Positions 49,678 to 62,965 of a DNA stretch of 64,000 bases are shown piece by piece (within the stretch, counting starts at the first letter, position 1; every line of letters starts with the position of its first letter). The notes under the pieces were generated by a model. That model searched no databases. It had not been told where the DNA came from and was given only the letters and a program-made list of their open reading frames with translations. The stretch comes from Eledone cirrhosa. Its lineage: Eukaryota. Location of the stretch: contig OZ024758.1 of the NCBI GenBank assembly GCA_964016885.1, positions 32,240,001 to 32,304,000 on the forward strand. The letters are read 5' to 3'. The position numbers and the translations under genes are program-made.

Positions 49678-51601
49678 CATCATCATCATCATCATCGTTT
49701 AATGTCCATATTCCACGCTTGCATGGGTTTGGACAGGAGTTTTCCCACTTGAGGCAAGAGTGGTTGTCTTGCTCGCATAGGACTGTCTGGCGGGTTTTCT
49801 ACGGCTGGATGCCCTTCCTAACACCAACGACATTTACAGTGAGGAACTGGGAGGTTTTTACCGTGTTACCTACACGGCCACATTACAGCGTGGACTGTGT
49901 GTTTTTTTGTCATGACACCTACACGACCTCATTTGTTTCGGCCTGGATGTTGTGGTACCAACATAACTTTACATTGAAAGGGGCGGTGTGGATGGGGTGG
50001 GGGTAGTGGGACGGGGGTGTATTTTGTTAGAGGTGCCTACTGACTGTAGTAGGTTTTACTTTGTATTTAGGTAAGGCGGGTCTTCTCTATTACTGTGTAC
50101 CGCCAAAGATCTCGGTCCAGTGACATTGTCTTGGAGAGGTGCAAGTGTGTGAGGTCGGAATTTATCAAGTCGTCCCAGGTTTTTCTAGGTCTGCCTACTC
50201 CGTGGCTACCCTGCACTTTTTTTATACAGCTGTCGTCTTTCATGCGCATCACGTGACCATACCAACATAGCCTTCTCTCGAGTAAACAACATCTGATCCC
50301 TCTTATTTCTAATTTTTCCCTTAGTTCGTTAATGCTTTGCCGTTCACGTATATTACTATTACACATCCAGCGGAGCATGCAAGCTTCGTTCCTCTCTAGT
50401 CTGCGTATATCCTCTGCACACAATGCCCAGGTCTCACTGCCATGCAACATTGCTGTTCGTATGCAGGCATCATACAGCCTGCCTTTCATTTTTAGGGAGA
50501 ACCCTTTAGCGGCTAATAGTGATATAAGCTCTCTGAACTTTTTCCATCCAGTTCTGACTCTAGCTACTGTACTTTCAGAGCACCCTCCCCCACTGCTGAT
50601 TTTGTCACCCAGGTAACAGAAGCTGTCCACTATTTCTATAGAACCCTCTGTGCAATTGAAAGAGCTAGTATTCTGTGGCACTTGCTGCTACTTATTGCAC
50701 CAGAGCACCGGCCACATGTAAAATCTATGTTCTTAGTTAGCTTACCTGTGATCCCACTACATCTTTTATGCACCCATACTTTGCATTTGGGACATAAAAT
50801 GGAGTTTCTACCTACTCCTTTCCTACACACTGAGCATGGCCATTTCCCGGATGGGACCGGCGCCCTATTTTCCTTCCTACAAACTAGAACTTTAGTCTTA
50901 GACAAGTTAATTTTAAGGCCTTTTGATTCTAGGCCGTGCTTCCATGTTTGGAATTTCTTCTCTAGTTCGGCCATTGATTCAGCTATGAGCGTTAGATCAT
51001 CTGCGTATAGGAGTTCCCATTGGCAGCCGGTCTTGAACTCCACTGTTATAGCCTGAAGGACAATAATAAATAGTAGGGGGCTAAGAACGGAGCCCTGATG
51101 AACACCAACTTTTACGCTAAACTCTTCACTATATTCGTTGTTAATTCTAACCTTGCTGACTGTTTCTTTATACATGGCTTGTATAGCTCTCACAAGCCAT
51201 TCATCAACACCTAGTTTTCTAAGAGCCCACCAGATAATGGAACGGGGACTCTGTCGAAGGCTTTCTCCAAGTCGACAAAAGCTAAGTATAGGGGTTTACT
51301 TTTAACTAGGTACTTCTCCTGTAGTTGTCGTACAATGAAAAGAGCGTCTGTGGTACTTTTGCCTGACACAAACCCGAACTGCATTTCATCTAGATCAATT
51401 CTCTCTCTGATTAGTTGCGCTATTAATTTTTCCGTGACCTTCATGACCTGGTCGATTAATTTAATGCCTCTATAGTTACTCCTATCTAGGGCGTCTCCTT
51501 TACCCTTGTAGCAGTTAATGATGATGCTGCTACGCCAGTCCTTCGGAACAACACCATTCTGTATGACTTGGTTTACTATCCGGGTGACCATGGTGTGTCC
51601 C
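49678..51601 (-). mobile_element. RTE family C, 5'-truncated, frameshifted
   Basis: ORFs 51636-51211, 51193-50636 and 50681-50067 tile the RT to the C-terminus. Confidence 0.95.
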
Positions 51602-51613
51602 ATATATATATAT

Positions 51614-54363
51614 TGTAGGCAGGAGACTACTGACAATCATCTCTGCTTATTCTCCCCAAGCAAGCCTAGGCAAAGATGAGAAAGACTGCTTTTACGAGCA
51701 ACTTTTACAAACAATCGCAATGACAGAGACATCGTTATAGCAGGGGACTTCAATGGTCATGTTGGACAGCTCCAGGATGGTTACACTGGGGTACAAGGTG
51801 GGCACGGTTACGGTTCAAGAAATGAAGGAGTGAGACTTCTTGAATTTTGTGATGCAAGTACACTGACTATTTGCAACACTAAATTCCAGAAACCTGCCAA
51901 CCACCTAATAACCTACAAATCTGGCGAGCACATAAGCTAGATTGACTTCTTATTAGTTAGTCAGCGGGACAGGCAGATAGTGTCTAATACCAAGGCATAC
52001 CCTGGGGAAGAATGTACCCCACAGCATAGGTTAGTCGTTACTGATATCTCAGTAAGCAAGAGATGGAATGAGACATACAGGAATGTGTGGAGAAGAAAGA
52101 TCTGGAAGCTAAAAGACCTTTCACTAATTTATGATGTATATGATGAAAAAGAAGACGATTTAGAGACGTATGACATAGATAATAACTGGAATTTCTTACG
52201 TGACAACTTACTGCAGGCTACTGATGAAACTTGTGGCTGGAGCAGAGCTCCAACCAGACAGAGAGTGACCTGGTGGTGGAACAGCACAGTAGAGAAGGCC
52301 ATTAGAGACAAAAGACTAGCATTGAAGGCTTGGAAAAAGGGTGGGAGTAGGGAAGAATATACAGCCGCTAAGAGAGAAGCTAGACGTCAGGTGTACTTAA
52401 CACGCAGGGAGGCTGAGAGTAGGAGGTTTGCCAATGTACTGCGACGGGAAGATCAGAGGCGTGCAGTGTTCCACATTGCAAGGCAGTGTGTTAATGCAAA
52501 TCAGGATGTTGTTGGAGATAAATGTGTCCGGAATGATGCCAGTGTACTTAGTGTCACGAATGATCAGAAAAAGGAGGACTGGAAATGTCATTATGAGAGA
52601 CTGATGAATGTGGAGAACGAATGGGAGAGAGAGAAATTATGCTTAGTAGATCTGACAGAGGGACCAGCTATTGAGATTAACGAATATAGGGTCCAAGAGG
52701 CGATTAGGGAAATGAAAAATGGTAAGGCTGCTGGACCATCGGGAATAGTTGCTGAGATGCTGAAGGCATCAAGGGACGTAGGCACTAAACTGGTTGCACG
52801 CATCATCAATCAGGCTATATATGGTGGTGTCAAACACAAAGACTGGTGCAGCAGTATTCTCATAAATTGCTACAAAGGTAAAGGGGATGCTCTGGAGAGG
52901 AGCAATTATAGGGGTATAAAACTGATGGATCAGGTTATGAAAGTGGCAGAAAGGATATTAGCACAACTAATTAGAGAAAGGGTCAAACTAGATGAGATGC
53001 AGTTTGGTTTTATGCCTGGGAACAGTACAACAGATGCCCTCTTCTTGGTGAGACAATTGCAAGAGAGGTTCTTAGAGAAAAATAAGCCACTATACTTAGC
53101 CTTTGTTGACCTAGAGAAGGCCTTTGATAGGGTACCCCGATCTGTCATCTGGTGGTCCCTAAGAAGCTAGGTGTTGAGGAATGGCTTGTGAGGACAGTGC
53201 AAACTTTGTACAGAGGTACTCTCAGTAAAGTCAGGGTAAGAATGGAGTTTAGTGAGGAATTCCAGATACAAGTAGGAGTACATCAAGGTTCGGTCCTCAG
53301 ACCGCTCTTGTTCATTATAGTCCTCCAAGCCATAACAGAGGAGTTTAAGACTGGCTGTCCATGGGAACTTCTCTATGCTGACGATCTGGTTCTTATAGCA
53401 GAATCAGTAGAGGAGCTAGAGAATAAATTCTGGTTATGGAAACAGCAGTTGGAAGCAAGAGGACTGAGAGTGAACCTAGCTAAGACAAAAGTGTTGATGA
53501 GTAGAAAAGAGGACAAAACCCTGATTCCGTCAGGGAAATGGCCATGTTCGATATGCAGAAAAGGAACTAGCATAAATTCTATAAAATGCACACAATGCAG
53601 ATCCTGGGTACACAAGAAATGTAGCGGGATAGCAGGCAAACTAACAGGTAGGGAGAAATACGTATGCAGTAGATGTATAGGGAAATTAGACAGTAGAAGT
53701 CGCATTGATAGACACATTTTTCAAATGCAGGCGGCTGCTATAGAAGTGGTGGATAGCTTCCGGTACCTAGGAGATCAGATTAGCAGGGGAAGGGGTGTTC
53801 CGAGGCCATAGTATATAGAATAAGGACGGGTTGGAAGAAGTTTAGGGAGCTGCTTCCTCTGCTGACGAAGAAGGGTTTCTCCCTGCGTATGAAAGGCCGG
53901 TTATATGATGCCTGTGTGAGGAGCGCCATGCTGCAAGGTAGTGAGACATGGGCAGCAACTGCAGAGGATATGCGACAGCTGGAGAGAAATGAGGCAAGCA
54001 TGCTCCGTTGGATGTGCAGTGTCAATGTGCGTGAACGACCCAGCATGAATGTGTTGAGAGAGAAACTGTGTCTGAGAGGGATAGAATGTAGTGTACGGGA
54101 GAGGAGACTGCAGTGGTATGGACATGTGATGCGCATGGAGGATGACCGATGGGTGAAGAAGTGCCAGGAAATGCCAGTTGAAGGAAGACGTGGTAGAGGT
54201 AGACCACGAAAAATATGGGTGGAGGTGGTGAGAACAGACCTCAGATCGTTGAAGCTCACGGTGGAGATGACGAGGGACTGTGACAAGTGGAGAGATGCTG
54301 TGCTGAATAAGACCCGTCCCACCTTTGCAAGCAGAGAAGAGGGACGTAAAATGATGATGATGA
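51614..54363 (+). mobile_element. RTE family A, 5'-truncated, frameshifted
   Basis: Partial APE, RT, Cys-rich insert and tail gacgtaaaatgatgatg. Confidence 0.95.
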
Positions 54364-54374
54364 TATATATATGT

Positions 54375-55293
54375 ATCAAATCCTCCGCCTCCATCACTCT
54401 GTTTGTCACCAAAACTATGTTGTTGGCAAATTCAGCATCTGATATCTTTTTCGCCTTAACTCTCCTGCTCTGAGCCGGTGTTACAGTAAAACCAGAGTCC
54501 TGGTGTTTCTCCAATGCAACATGCATACAATAGTCCACTACGATGATAAAAAGGTAGGGCGCCAATGTATCTCCCTGGAGCACTCCAGCCAGTATCTCAA
54601 AGAACTGTGTCGATGAGTGTGGAGCTGAGAATGTATGAGACTAAGACAAAATATCTAGTAGAGAATGTTGAGAAGCCAGAGGGGATTACTAATGTAGGCG
54701 TGAAACCGCTAGAATTGGTTGAGGACTTCCTGTATTTGGGAGCAAAGATTGGGAATACGGAAGATGATGTGGTTGAGAGGAAGAGCAAAGCCTGGGCAGC
54801 GTGCCACAGCTTGAGATCAGTGTGGTAGTCAGACCTTTGTGAAGACCTGAAAATCCGCCTCTTCATCGCTGTAGTGGAGTCTGTGCTGCTGTACGGGTCT
54901 GAGACTTGGACACTGTCCAAGAAACCCACTCGGACGGTGGATGGCTGCTACACGAGAATGCTGAGGATGGCTCTGAACATTAATCAGTATACACTGAGGA
55001 TGAAAAACTCAGAGCTGTATGGGAGCCTCCCAAAAGTCAGCTCAAAAGTAACACAGAGGAGACTGATGTTAGCTAGACATGCTCACTGACATCCAGAGTT
55101 GACATTGCACTCAGTGCTCCTGTGGGAGACCCTACATGGCCACACTGGAAGAGGAAAACCAAGGTTAACGTATGTTGATGCCCTAAAGACAGACACTGGT
55201 CTGTTGGAGACGCAGGACATGGCAGCGATAATGAGGGACAGAGACCACTGGAGAGAACTCGTCCATGGATCTCGGGAATTTTACCTGCCCTAG
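54375..55293 (+). mobile_element. RTE/RTEX-like LINE of a different family with a 5' inversion
   Basis: 54375-54612 (minus): FFEILAGVLQGDTLAPYLFIIVVDY...ISDAEFANNIVL. 54613-55293 (plus): LRM..TKTKY..EDFLYLG..ESVLLYGSETWTL..LLWE..G.P..TYVD. Confidence 0.85.
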
Positions 55294-55314
55294 ATAGATA
55301 GATATATATGTATA

Positions 55315-55370
<56 letters not shown>

Positions 55371-55422
55371 AGTACGTGAAACTGTCAGCTTCTCTCCCTT
55401 CTATCGCCGAAAAGAAGTGACA

Positions 55423-55458
<36 letters not shown>

Positions 55459-55460
<2 letters not shown>

Positions 55461-55897
55461 ATCATCATCATCGTCACCGTTTTACATCCGTTTTTCCACA
55501 CTACATGGGTTTGACAGGGTTGTGCTGTTGTGGGCCGTGTCTGGTCGGCTGACCTTGTCTTGCTCATACTGGAACTGATTCTGGCCTGATTTCTAAAGTG
55601 GGATGCCCATCCCAACACCAACCTCATTTACAGTGAGTGCTGAGTGTTTTTTAGCTGTGGAACCTCCACTCCCCACTTTGCAGTGGGGAGTGGTGTTGTG
55701 TGGCATATTGTCTATATGCTTCAGCTTTGGCTTATACCCATGGCGGGTCAGGTCTTCTGTATTACTGCGTGACGCCAGAGGTCAAGCTCCTGAGTCATCA
55801 CATGTCCATACCAATTCAACCGCCTCTCCTGCACACGGCATTTGATTCCTCTTATGCTCAGTCTCTTATGCTTTGCCGTTCACGCATATTACTATTA
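55459..55897 (-). mobile_element. RTE family B, deleted 3' fragment
   Basis: 3'UTR and tail match 46913-47280. Confidence 0.85.
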
Positions 55898-55978
55898 CAC
55901 ACACACATATATGTATATAGATATATATATACACATATATATATACACACACACATATATATATATATACACATATAT

Positions 55979-57828
55979 ATCATCATCATCATCATTTTAC
56001 GTTTGCTTTTCCCTGCTTGCAAGGGAGGGATGGGTCCTATTCAGCACAGTCCTTTGTTATGTCCTCTGTGAGCTTCAGCAATCTAAGGTCAGCTCTCACC
56101 ACCTCAGCCAATGTTTTTCGTGGTCTTCCTCTACTGCGTCTTCCTTCTACTGGGATTTCTTGGCACTTAACCCAGCAGTCGTCCTCCATGCGCATCACAT
56201 GTCCATACCAACACAGTCTTCTCTCCCGCACACTACAGCTTATCCCTCTTATACAGTTTCTCTCTCAACTCGTCTATGCTTAGTTGTTCACGCACATTGA
56301 CACTGCACATCCAACGGAGCATACTTGCTTCATTTCTCTCCAGCCATCACATATCCTCAGCAATTGCTGCCCATGTCTCACTACCATGCAGCATTGCGCA
56401 TCTCACACAGGCATCATATAACCGGCCTTTTATTCATAGCAAGAAACCCTTCTTTGTCAACAGAGGAAGCAGCTCCCTAAATTTCTTCCAAACCGTCCTT
56501 ATTCTAGATACTCTGGCCTCGGAACGCCCTGCTCCTCCCATGCTATTCTGATCACCTAGGTATCAACCACATCTATAGATCCTCGCTGCATTTGAAAAAT
56601 TTGTTTATCATTGCGACTTCTGTCAAATTTCCATGAACATCTATTGCATATGTAGTTTTCCCTACCTGTTAGTTTGCCTGCTATCCCATCTTTTGTGTAC
56701 CCAAGTTTTGCAATGTGTACATTTTATATAATTTATGCCAACTCCTTTTCTATATATCGAACATGGTCATTTCCCTGATGGTATCAGGGTTTTGTCCTCT
56801 TTACTACTGATCAACACTTTAGTCTTAGTTAGGTTCACTCTCAGTCTTCTTGATTCCAACTGCTGTTTCCACAGCCATAATTTATTCTCTAGCGCCTCTA
56901 CTCTCATAAGCTGATCCATCAAATATTATGCCCCTATAATTGATCTGCTCCAGAGCATCCCCTTTACCTTTGTAGCAATTTATAAGAATACTGCTGCACC
57001 AGTCTTTGGGTATGACTGCCATATATTGCTAGATTGATGATGCATGCAACCAGTTTAGTGCCTACGTCCCCTAATACCTTCAGCATCTGAGCAACTATCC
57101 CCAATGGGCCAGCGGCCTTACCACTTTTCATTTCCTTAATTGCCTCTTTTACCCTATAGTCGTCAATCTCAATAGCTGGTCCTTCTGTCGGGTCTACTGA
57201 GGGTAATTTCTCTCTCTCCCATTCGTTATCAACATTCATCAGTCTCTCATAATGACATTTCCAGGCCTCCTTTTTCTGAGCATCAGTGACATTAAGTACA
57301 AAAGCATAATTTCTGACACACTTATTGCCAACAACATCCCGATTTACATTTACACACTGCCTTGCAATGTGGAACACCGCATGTCTCTGATCTTCTCATC
57401 GCAGAACATTGGCAAACCTCCTACTCACACCATTTTTCCAAGCCTTCCATGCTAGTCTTTTGTCACTAATGGCCCTATCTACCGTGCAGTTCCATCACCA
57501 GGTCACTCTCTGTCTGGTTGGAGCTCTGCTCCAGCCACAAGTTTCATCAGTAGCCTGCAGTAAGTTGTCACGTAAGAAATTCCAGTTATCATCTATGTCA
57601 TACGTCTCTAAATCGTTTTATTTTCCGTCATACACATTTTGAAGGGCTCTCCTAAATTTGTATTTTAGTGAAAGGACTTTTAGCTTCCAGACCTTTCTTC
57701 TCCACACCTTCCTGTATGTCTCATTTTGTCTCTTGCTTATTGAGATGTCAATAACGACTAACCTATGCTGTGGGGTATATTCTTCCCCAGGGTATGTGAT
57801 ACCATCTGTCTGTTTCGTTGCCTAACTA

Positions 57829-57829
<1 letters not shown>
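55979..57829 (-). mobile_element. RTE family A, older copy with internal deletions
   Basis: Homologous to 57890-61160 but lacks the RT core between LMDQ and the segment after YADD. Confidence 0.9.
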
Positions 57830-57888
<59 letters not shown>

Positions 57889-57889
57889 A

Positions 57890-60800
57890 TCATCATCATC
57901 ATCATTTTACGTCCGCTTTTCCCTGCTTGCAAGGGTGGGACGGGTCTTATTCAGCACAGCATCTCTCCACTCGTCACGGTCTTTCGTCATCTCCACCGTG
58001 AGCTTCAATGATCTGAGGTCTGTTCTCACCACCTCCGCCCATGTTTTTCGTGGTCTACTTCTACCACGTCTTCCTTCAACTGGCATTTCCTGGCACTTCT
58101 TCACCCATCGGTCATCCTCCATGCGCATCACATGTCCATACCACCTCAGTCTCCTCTCCCGCACACTACATTCTATCCCTCTCAGACACAGTTTCTCTCT
58201 CAACACATTTATGCTGGGTCATTCACGCACATTTACATTGCACATCCAACGGAGCATGCTTGCCTAATTTCTCTCCAGCCGTCGCATATCCTCTGCAGTT
58301 GCTGCCTATGTCTCACTACCATGCAGCATCGCACTCCTCACACAGGCATCATACAACCGGCCTTTCGTACGCAGGGAAAAAACCTTCTTCGTCAATAGAG
58401 GAAGCAGCTCTCTAAACTTCTTCCAACCCGTCCTTATTCTAGATACTATGGCCTTGGAACACCCTCCTCCCATGCTAATCTGATCTCCTAGGTACCGGAA
58501 GCTATCCACCACTTCTACAACGCCCTCCTGCATCTGAAAAATGTGTCTACCAATGCGACTTCTACTGTCTAATTTCCCTGTACATCTACTGCATCCATAT
58601 TTCTCCCTACCTGTTAGTTTGCCTGCTATCCCGCTACATCTCTTGTGTACCCAGGATCTGCATTGTGTGCATTTTATAGAATTTATGCCAGTTCCTTTTC
58701 TGCATATCGAACATGGCCATTTCCCTGACGGAATCAGGGTTTTGTCCTCTTTTCTACTCATCAACACTTTTGTCTTAGCTAGGTTCACTCTCAGTCCTCT
58801 TGCTTCCAACTACTGTTTCCATAACCAGAATTTATTCTCTAGCTCCTCTACTGATTCTGCTATAAGAACCAGATCGTCAGCATAGAGAAGTTCCCATGGA
58901 CAGCCAGTCTTAAACTCCTCTGTTATGGCTTGGAGGACTATAATGAACAAGAGCGGTCTGAGGACCGAACCTTGATGTACTCCTACTTGTATCTGGAATT
59001 CCTCACTAAACTCCATTCTTACCCTGACTTTACTGAGAGTACCTCTGTACAAAGTTTGCACTGTCCTCACAAGCCATTCCTCAACACCTAGCTTCTTAGG
59101 GACCACCAGATGACAGATCGGGGTACCCTATCAAAGGCCTTCTCTAGGTCAACAAAGGCTAAGTATAGTGGCTTATTTTTCTCTAAGAACCTCTCTTGCA
59201 ATTGTCTCACCAAGAAGAGGGCATCTGTTGTACTCTTCCCAGGCACAAAACCAAACTGCATCTCATCTAGTTTGACCCTTTCTCTAATTAGTTGTGCTAA
59301 TATACTTTCAGCCACTTTCATAACCTGATCCATCAGTTTTATACCCCTATAATTGCTCCTCTCCAGAGCATCCCCTTTACCTTTGTAGCAATTTATGAGA
59401 ATACTGCTGCACCAGTCTTTGGGTATGACACCACCATATATAGCCTGATTGATGATGCGTGCAACAAGTTTAGTGCCTACGTCCCCTGATGCCTTCAGCA
59501 TCTCAGCAATTATGCCCGATGGTCCGGCTGCCTTACCATTTTTCATTTCCCTAATCGCCTCTTGGACCCTATATTCATCAATCTCAATAGCTGGTCCCTC
59601 TGTCGGATCTACTGAGGGTAATTTCTTTCTCTCCCATTCGTTCTCCACATTCATCAGTCTCTCATAATGACATTTCCAGGCCTCCTTTTTCTGATCATTC
59701 GTGACACTAAGTACACCAGCATCATCCCGGACACATTTATCTCCAACAACATCCTGATTTGCATTGACACACTGCCTTGCAATGTGGAACACCGCACGCC
59801 TCTGATCTTCCCGTCGCAGAACATTGGCAAACCTCCTACTCTCCGCCTCCCTGCGTGTTAAGTACACCTGACGTCTAGCTTCTCTCTTAGTGGCTGTATA
59901 TTCTTCCCTACTCCCACACTTTTTCCAAGCCTTCCATGCTAGTCTTTTGTCTCTAATGGCCTTATCTACTGTGCTGTTCCACCACCAGGTCACTCTCTGT
60001 CTGGTTGGAGCTCTGCTCCAGCCACAAGTTTCATCAGTAGCCTGCAGTAAGTTGTCACGTAAGAAATTCCAGTTATTATCTATGTCATACGTCTCTAAAT
60101 CGACTTCTTTTTCGTCATATACATCTTGAAGGGCTTTCCTAAATTTGTATTTTAGTGAAAGGTCTTTTAGCTTCCAGACCTTTCTTCTCCACACCTTCCT
60201 GTATGTCTCATTCCATCTCTTGCTTACTGAGATATCACTAACGACTAACCTATGCTGTGGGGTACATTCTTCCCCAGGGTATGCTTTGGTATTAGACACT
60301 ATCTGCCTGTCCCTCTGCCTAACTAGTAAGAAGTCAATCTGGCTTATGTGCTCACCAGATATATTAGGTGATTGGCAGGTTTCTGGAAGTTTGTGTTGCA
60401 AATAGTCAATGTTCCTGCATCACAAAATTCAAGAAGTCTCACTCATTTTTCATTTCTTGAACCGTAACCGTGCCCACCATGTACCCCAGTGTAACCATCC
60501 TGGAGCTGTCAAACATGACCATTGAAGTCTCCTGCTAGCATAACGATGTCTCCGTCCTCTGTCATTGCGGTTGTTTGTAAAAGTTGCTCATAAAAGCAGT
60601 CTTTCTCATCTTTGCCTAGGCCTGCTTGGGGAGCATAGGCTGAGATGATTATCAGTAGTCTCCTGCCTACAACTAATCTAAGCTTAATTATTCGATTACT
60701 AACTCAAACTAACTCTATTGTCTTATTGATCCATTTCTCAGCCAGCAAAATGCCTACTCCCCCAACCCATCATCCTTACCTACCCAGAATAGCTTATAGC

Positions 60801-61161
60801 TAAAATGTTTGCCTACGACTAGTCTCGCAGAGGCACCTCTCCATCTCACCTCTTGCACGCAGCACACATCCACATGCCTTCTCTCCAGCATCTCCGCTAT
60901 TTCAGTAGATCTACCTCTGAGAGTGCCAACATTAAGTGTTGCAACTCTGAGATGCGATGTGTTCATATTTTGTTGTTGTTCCTATTTGTTGCTGTGCTGA
61001 TAAGCGTTTTGGCATTGATACACTGGTTGGATGCCCTTCCTAACACCAGCGCCACTTTACAGCATGGACTGGGTGCTTTTATTTGTGCCACCAGCACTAG
61101 AGAGGATGTCTTACTTGACTCAAGGGCCCTCTCTACCCCTCCATTTTACAGCATGGTCATT
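57890..61161 (-). mobile_element. RTE family A, full length (~3.27 kb), few disablements
   Basis: About 195-bp 5'UTR, ATG at 60966 (MNTSHLRVATLNVG), APE, RT, PHD-like insert and (GAT)n tail. Several frameshifts and a stop at 58810-58812. Confidence 0.96.
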
Positions 61162-61425
61162 AAAAAAAATAAATAAATAAAATATATATATATATATGTG
61201 TATAAAAACTGACCTTGCTCACTTACACCTCTCTAAGACAATGTCACTGGATCAAGATCTTTGGCACCATGCAGTTGTACAGAAGACCCACCTTCCCTTG
61301 CATAGAAACCTACAGTCAGTAGACACCTCTTCAGAAGAAACATGAGAAACATTCTGAGGGATCTTAACTGATATGAAATGGTAGAAACTTGCATGATATA
61401 ATTTATAACATCTCGGCAAATTTAA

Positions 61426-61532
61426 TCTTCAGCACGCTGTTGGCAACAAATTGCAACAACAGAGTAATCTCCCCTTAATACATAATACAGTGTCAAGGGA
61501 AATAATTCATAAAAAATTCAGCATCCTAAAGA
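61426..61532 (+). mobile_element. TTAA MITE family 2 copy
   Basis: Shares gagtaatctccccttaatacataatacagtgtcaaggga with the 29983 copy. TTAA flanks. Confidence 0.8.
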
Positions 61533-61862
61533 TTAAGAATTAAGTCAAAGTTTCCAGTTTGAGTATATATTTTGCCACTAGTGTTGAAGGATCATAGGTA
61601 CAGCCCTTCCTCATCTGACGATATAAGGAAAAAACCCAAAAAACATTTGTGCGCAGTAGCCAACACAGTGTATGTGATTCAGAGTGTATATATTTACATG
61701 TGTGTCGATACACAATAAAAAACTAACTACATGTTAATGGAATGTCGTCATTTAAAAAATAATATATATATATACATACATATAAAACATATATATATTT
61801 CTATTGGAGCTCCAAAATAGTGATAGCCATATGAATGTATGTATTGTATATTTAACAATATA

Positions 61863-62905
61863 CTCTGGTGCAATAAGTAGCAGCAACTGCCCACAGAATA
61901 CTAGCTCATTCCATTGCACAGATGGTTCTATAGAAATAGTGGACACCTTCCGTTACCTGGGTGACAAAATCAGCAGTGGTGGAGGGTGCTCTGAAAGTAC
62001 AGTAGCTAGAGTCAGAACGGGATGGAAAAAGTTCAGAGAGCTTATATCACTATTGGCCGCTAAAGGGTTCTCTCTAAAAATGAAAGGCAGGCTGTATGAT
62101 GCCTGCATACGAACAGTAATGTTACATGGCAGTGAGACCTGGGCATTGTGTGCAGAGGATATACGCAGACTAGAGAGGAACAAAGCTTGCATGCTCCGCT
62201 GGATGTGTAATAGTAATATACGTGAACGGCAAAGCATAAACGAACTAAGGGAGAAATTAGGAATAAGAGGGATCAGATGCTGTTTACTCGAGAGAAGACT
62301 ACGTTGGTACGGTCACGTGATGCGCATGAAAGACGATAGCTGTATAAAAAAGTGCAGGGCGATAAAAAATAGACGGTAGCCACGGAGTAGGCAGACCCAG
62401 AAAAACCTGGGATGACTTGATAAATTCCGACCTCACACACTTACACCTCTCCAAGACAATGTCACTGGACCGAGATCTTTGGCGCTACACAGTAATACAG
62501 AAGACCCGCCTTGCCTAAGTACAAAGCAAAACCTACAGTCAGTAGGCCCCTCTAACAAAAATACACCCCCGTCCCACTACCCCCACCCTATCCACACCAC
62601 CCCTTTCAATGTAAAGTTATGTTGGTGCCACAACATCCAGGCCGAAACAAATGAGGCCGTGTAGGTGTCACGACAAAAAAAACACACAGTCCACACTGTA
62701 ATGTGGCCGTGTAGGTAACACGGTAAAAACCTCCCAGTCCACACTGTAAATGTGGTTGGTGTTAGGAAGGGCATCCAGTCGTAGAAAACCCACCAGACAG
62801 TCCTATACGAACAAGACAACCAATCTTGCCTCAAGTGGGAAAATTCACGTCCAAACCCATGCTAGCGTAGAAGATGGACGTTAAACGATGATGATGATGG
62901 TGATG
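61863..62905 (+). mobile_element. RTE family C, 3' fragment
   Basis: FRYLG..GSETW..WYGHV, 3'UTR and (GAT)n. Confidence 0.93.
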
Positions 62906-62965
62906 GTATGTTTATTTAAAAACATTTTGAAAGCCTTTCACTATGAATTCTAAGGTACCAACGAA

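Noticed and set aside
49628-49695. N-terminus MMMMMMIYIYI of the 825-aa ORF and other IYIY/HHHH ORFs
   Set aside because: Derived from (GAT)n tails and (TA)n microsatellites, not real starts.
53780-54583. 267-aa minus-strand ORF
   Set aside because: Chimera of the inverted LINE piece, a microsatellite and antisense RTE sequence.
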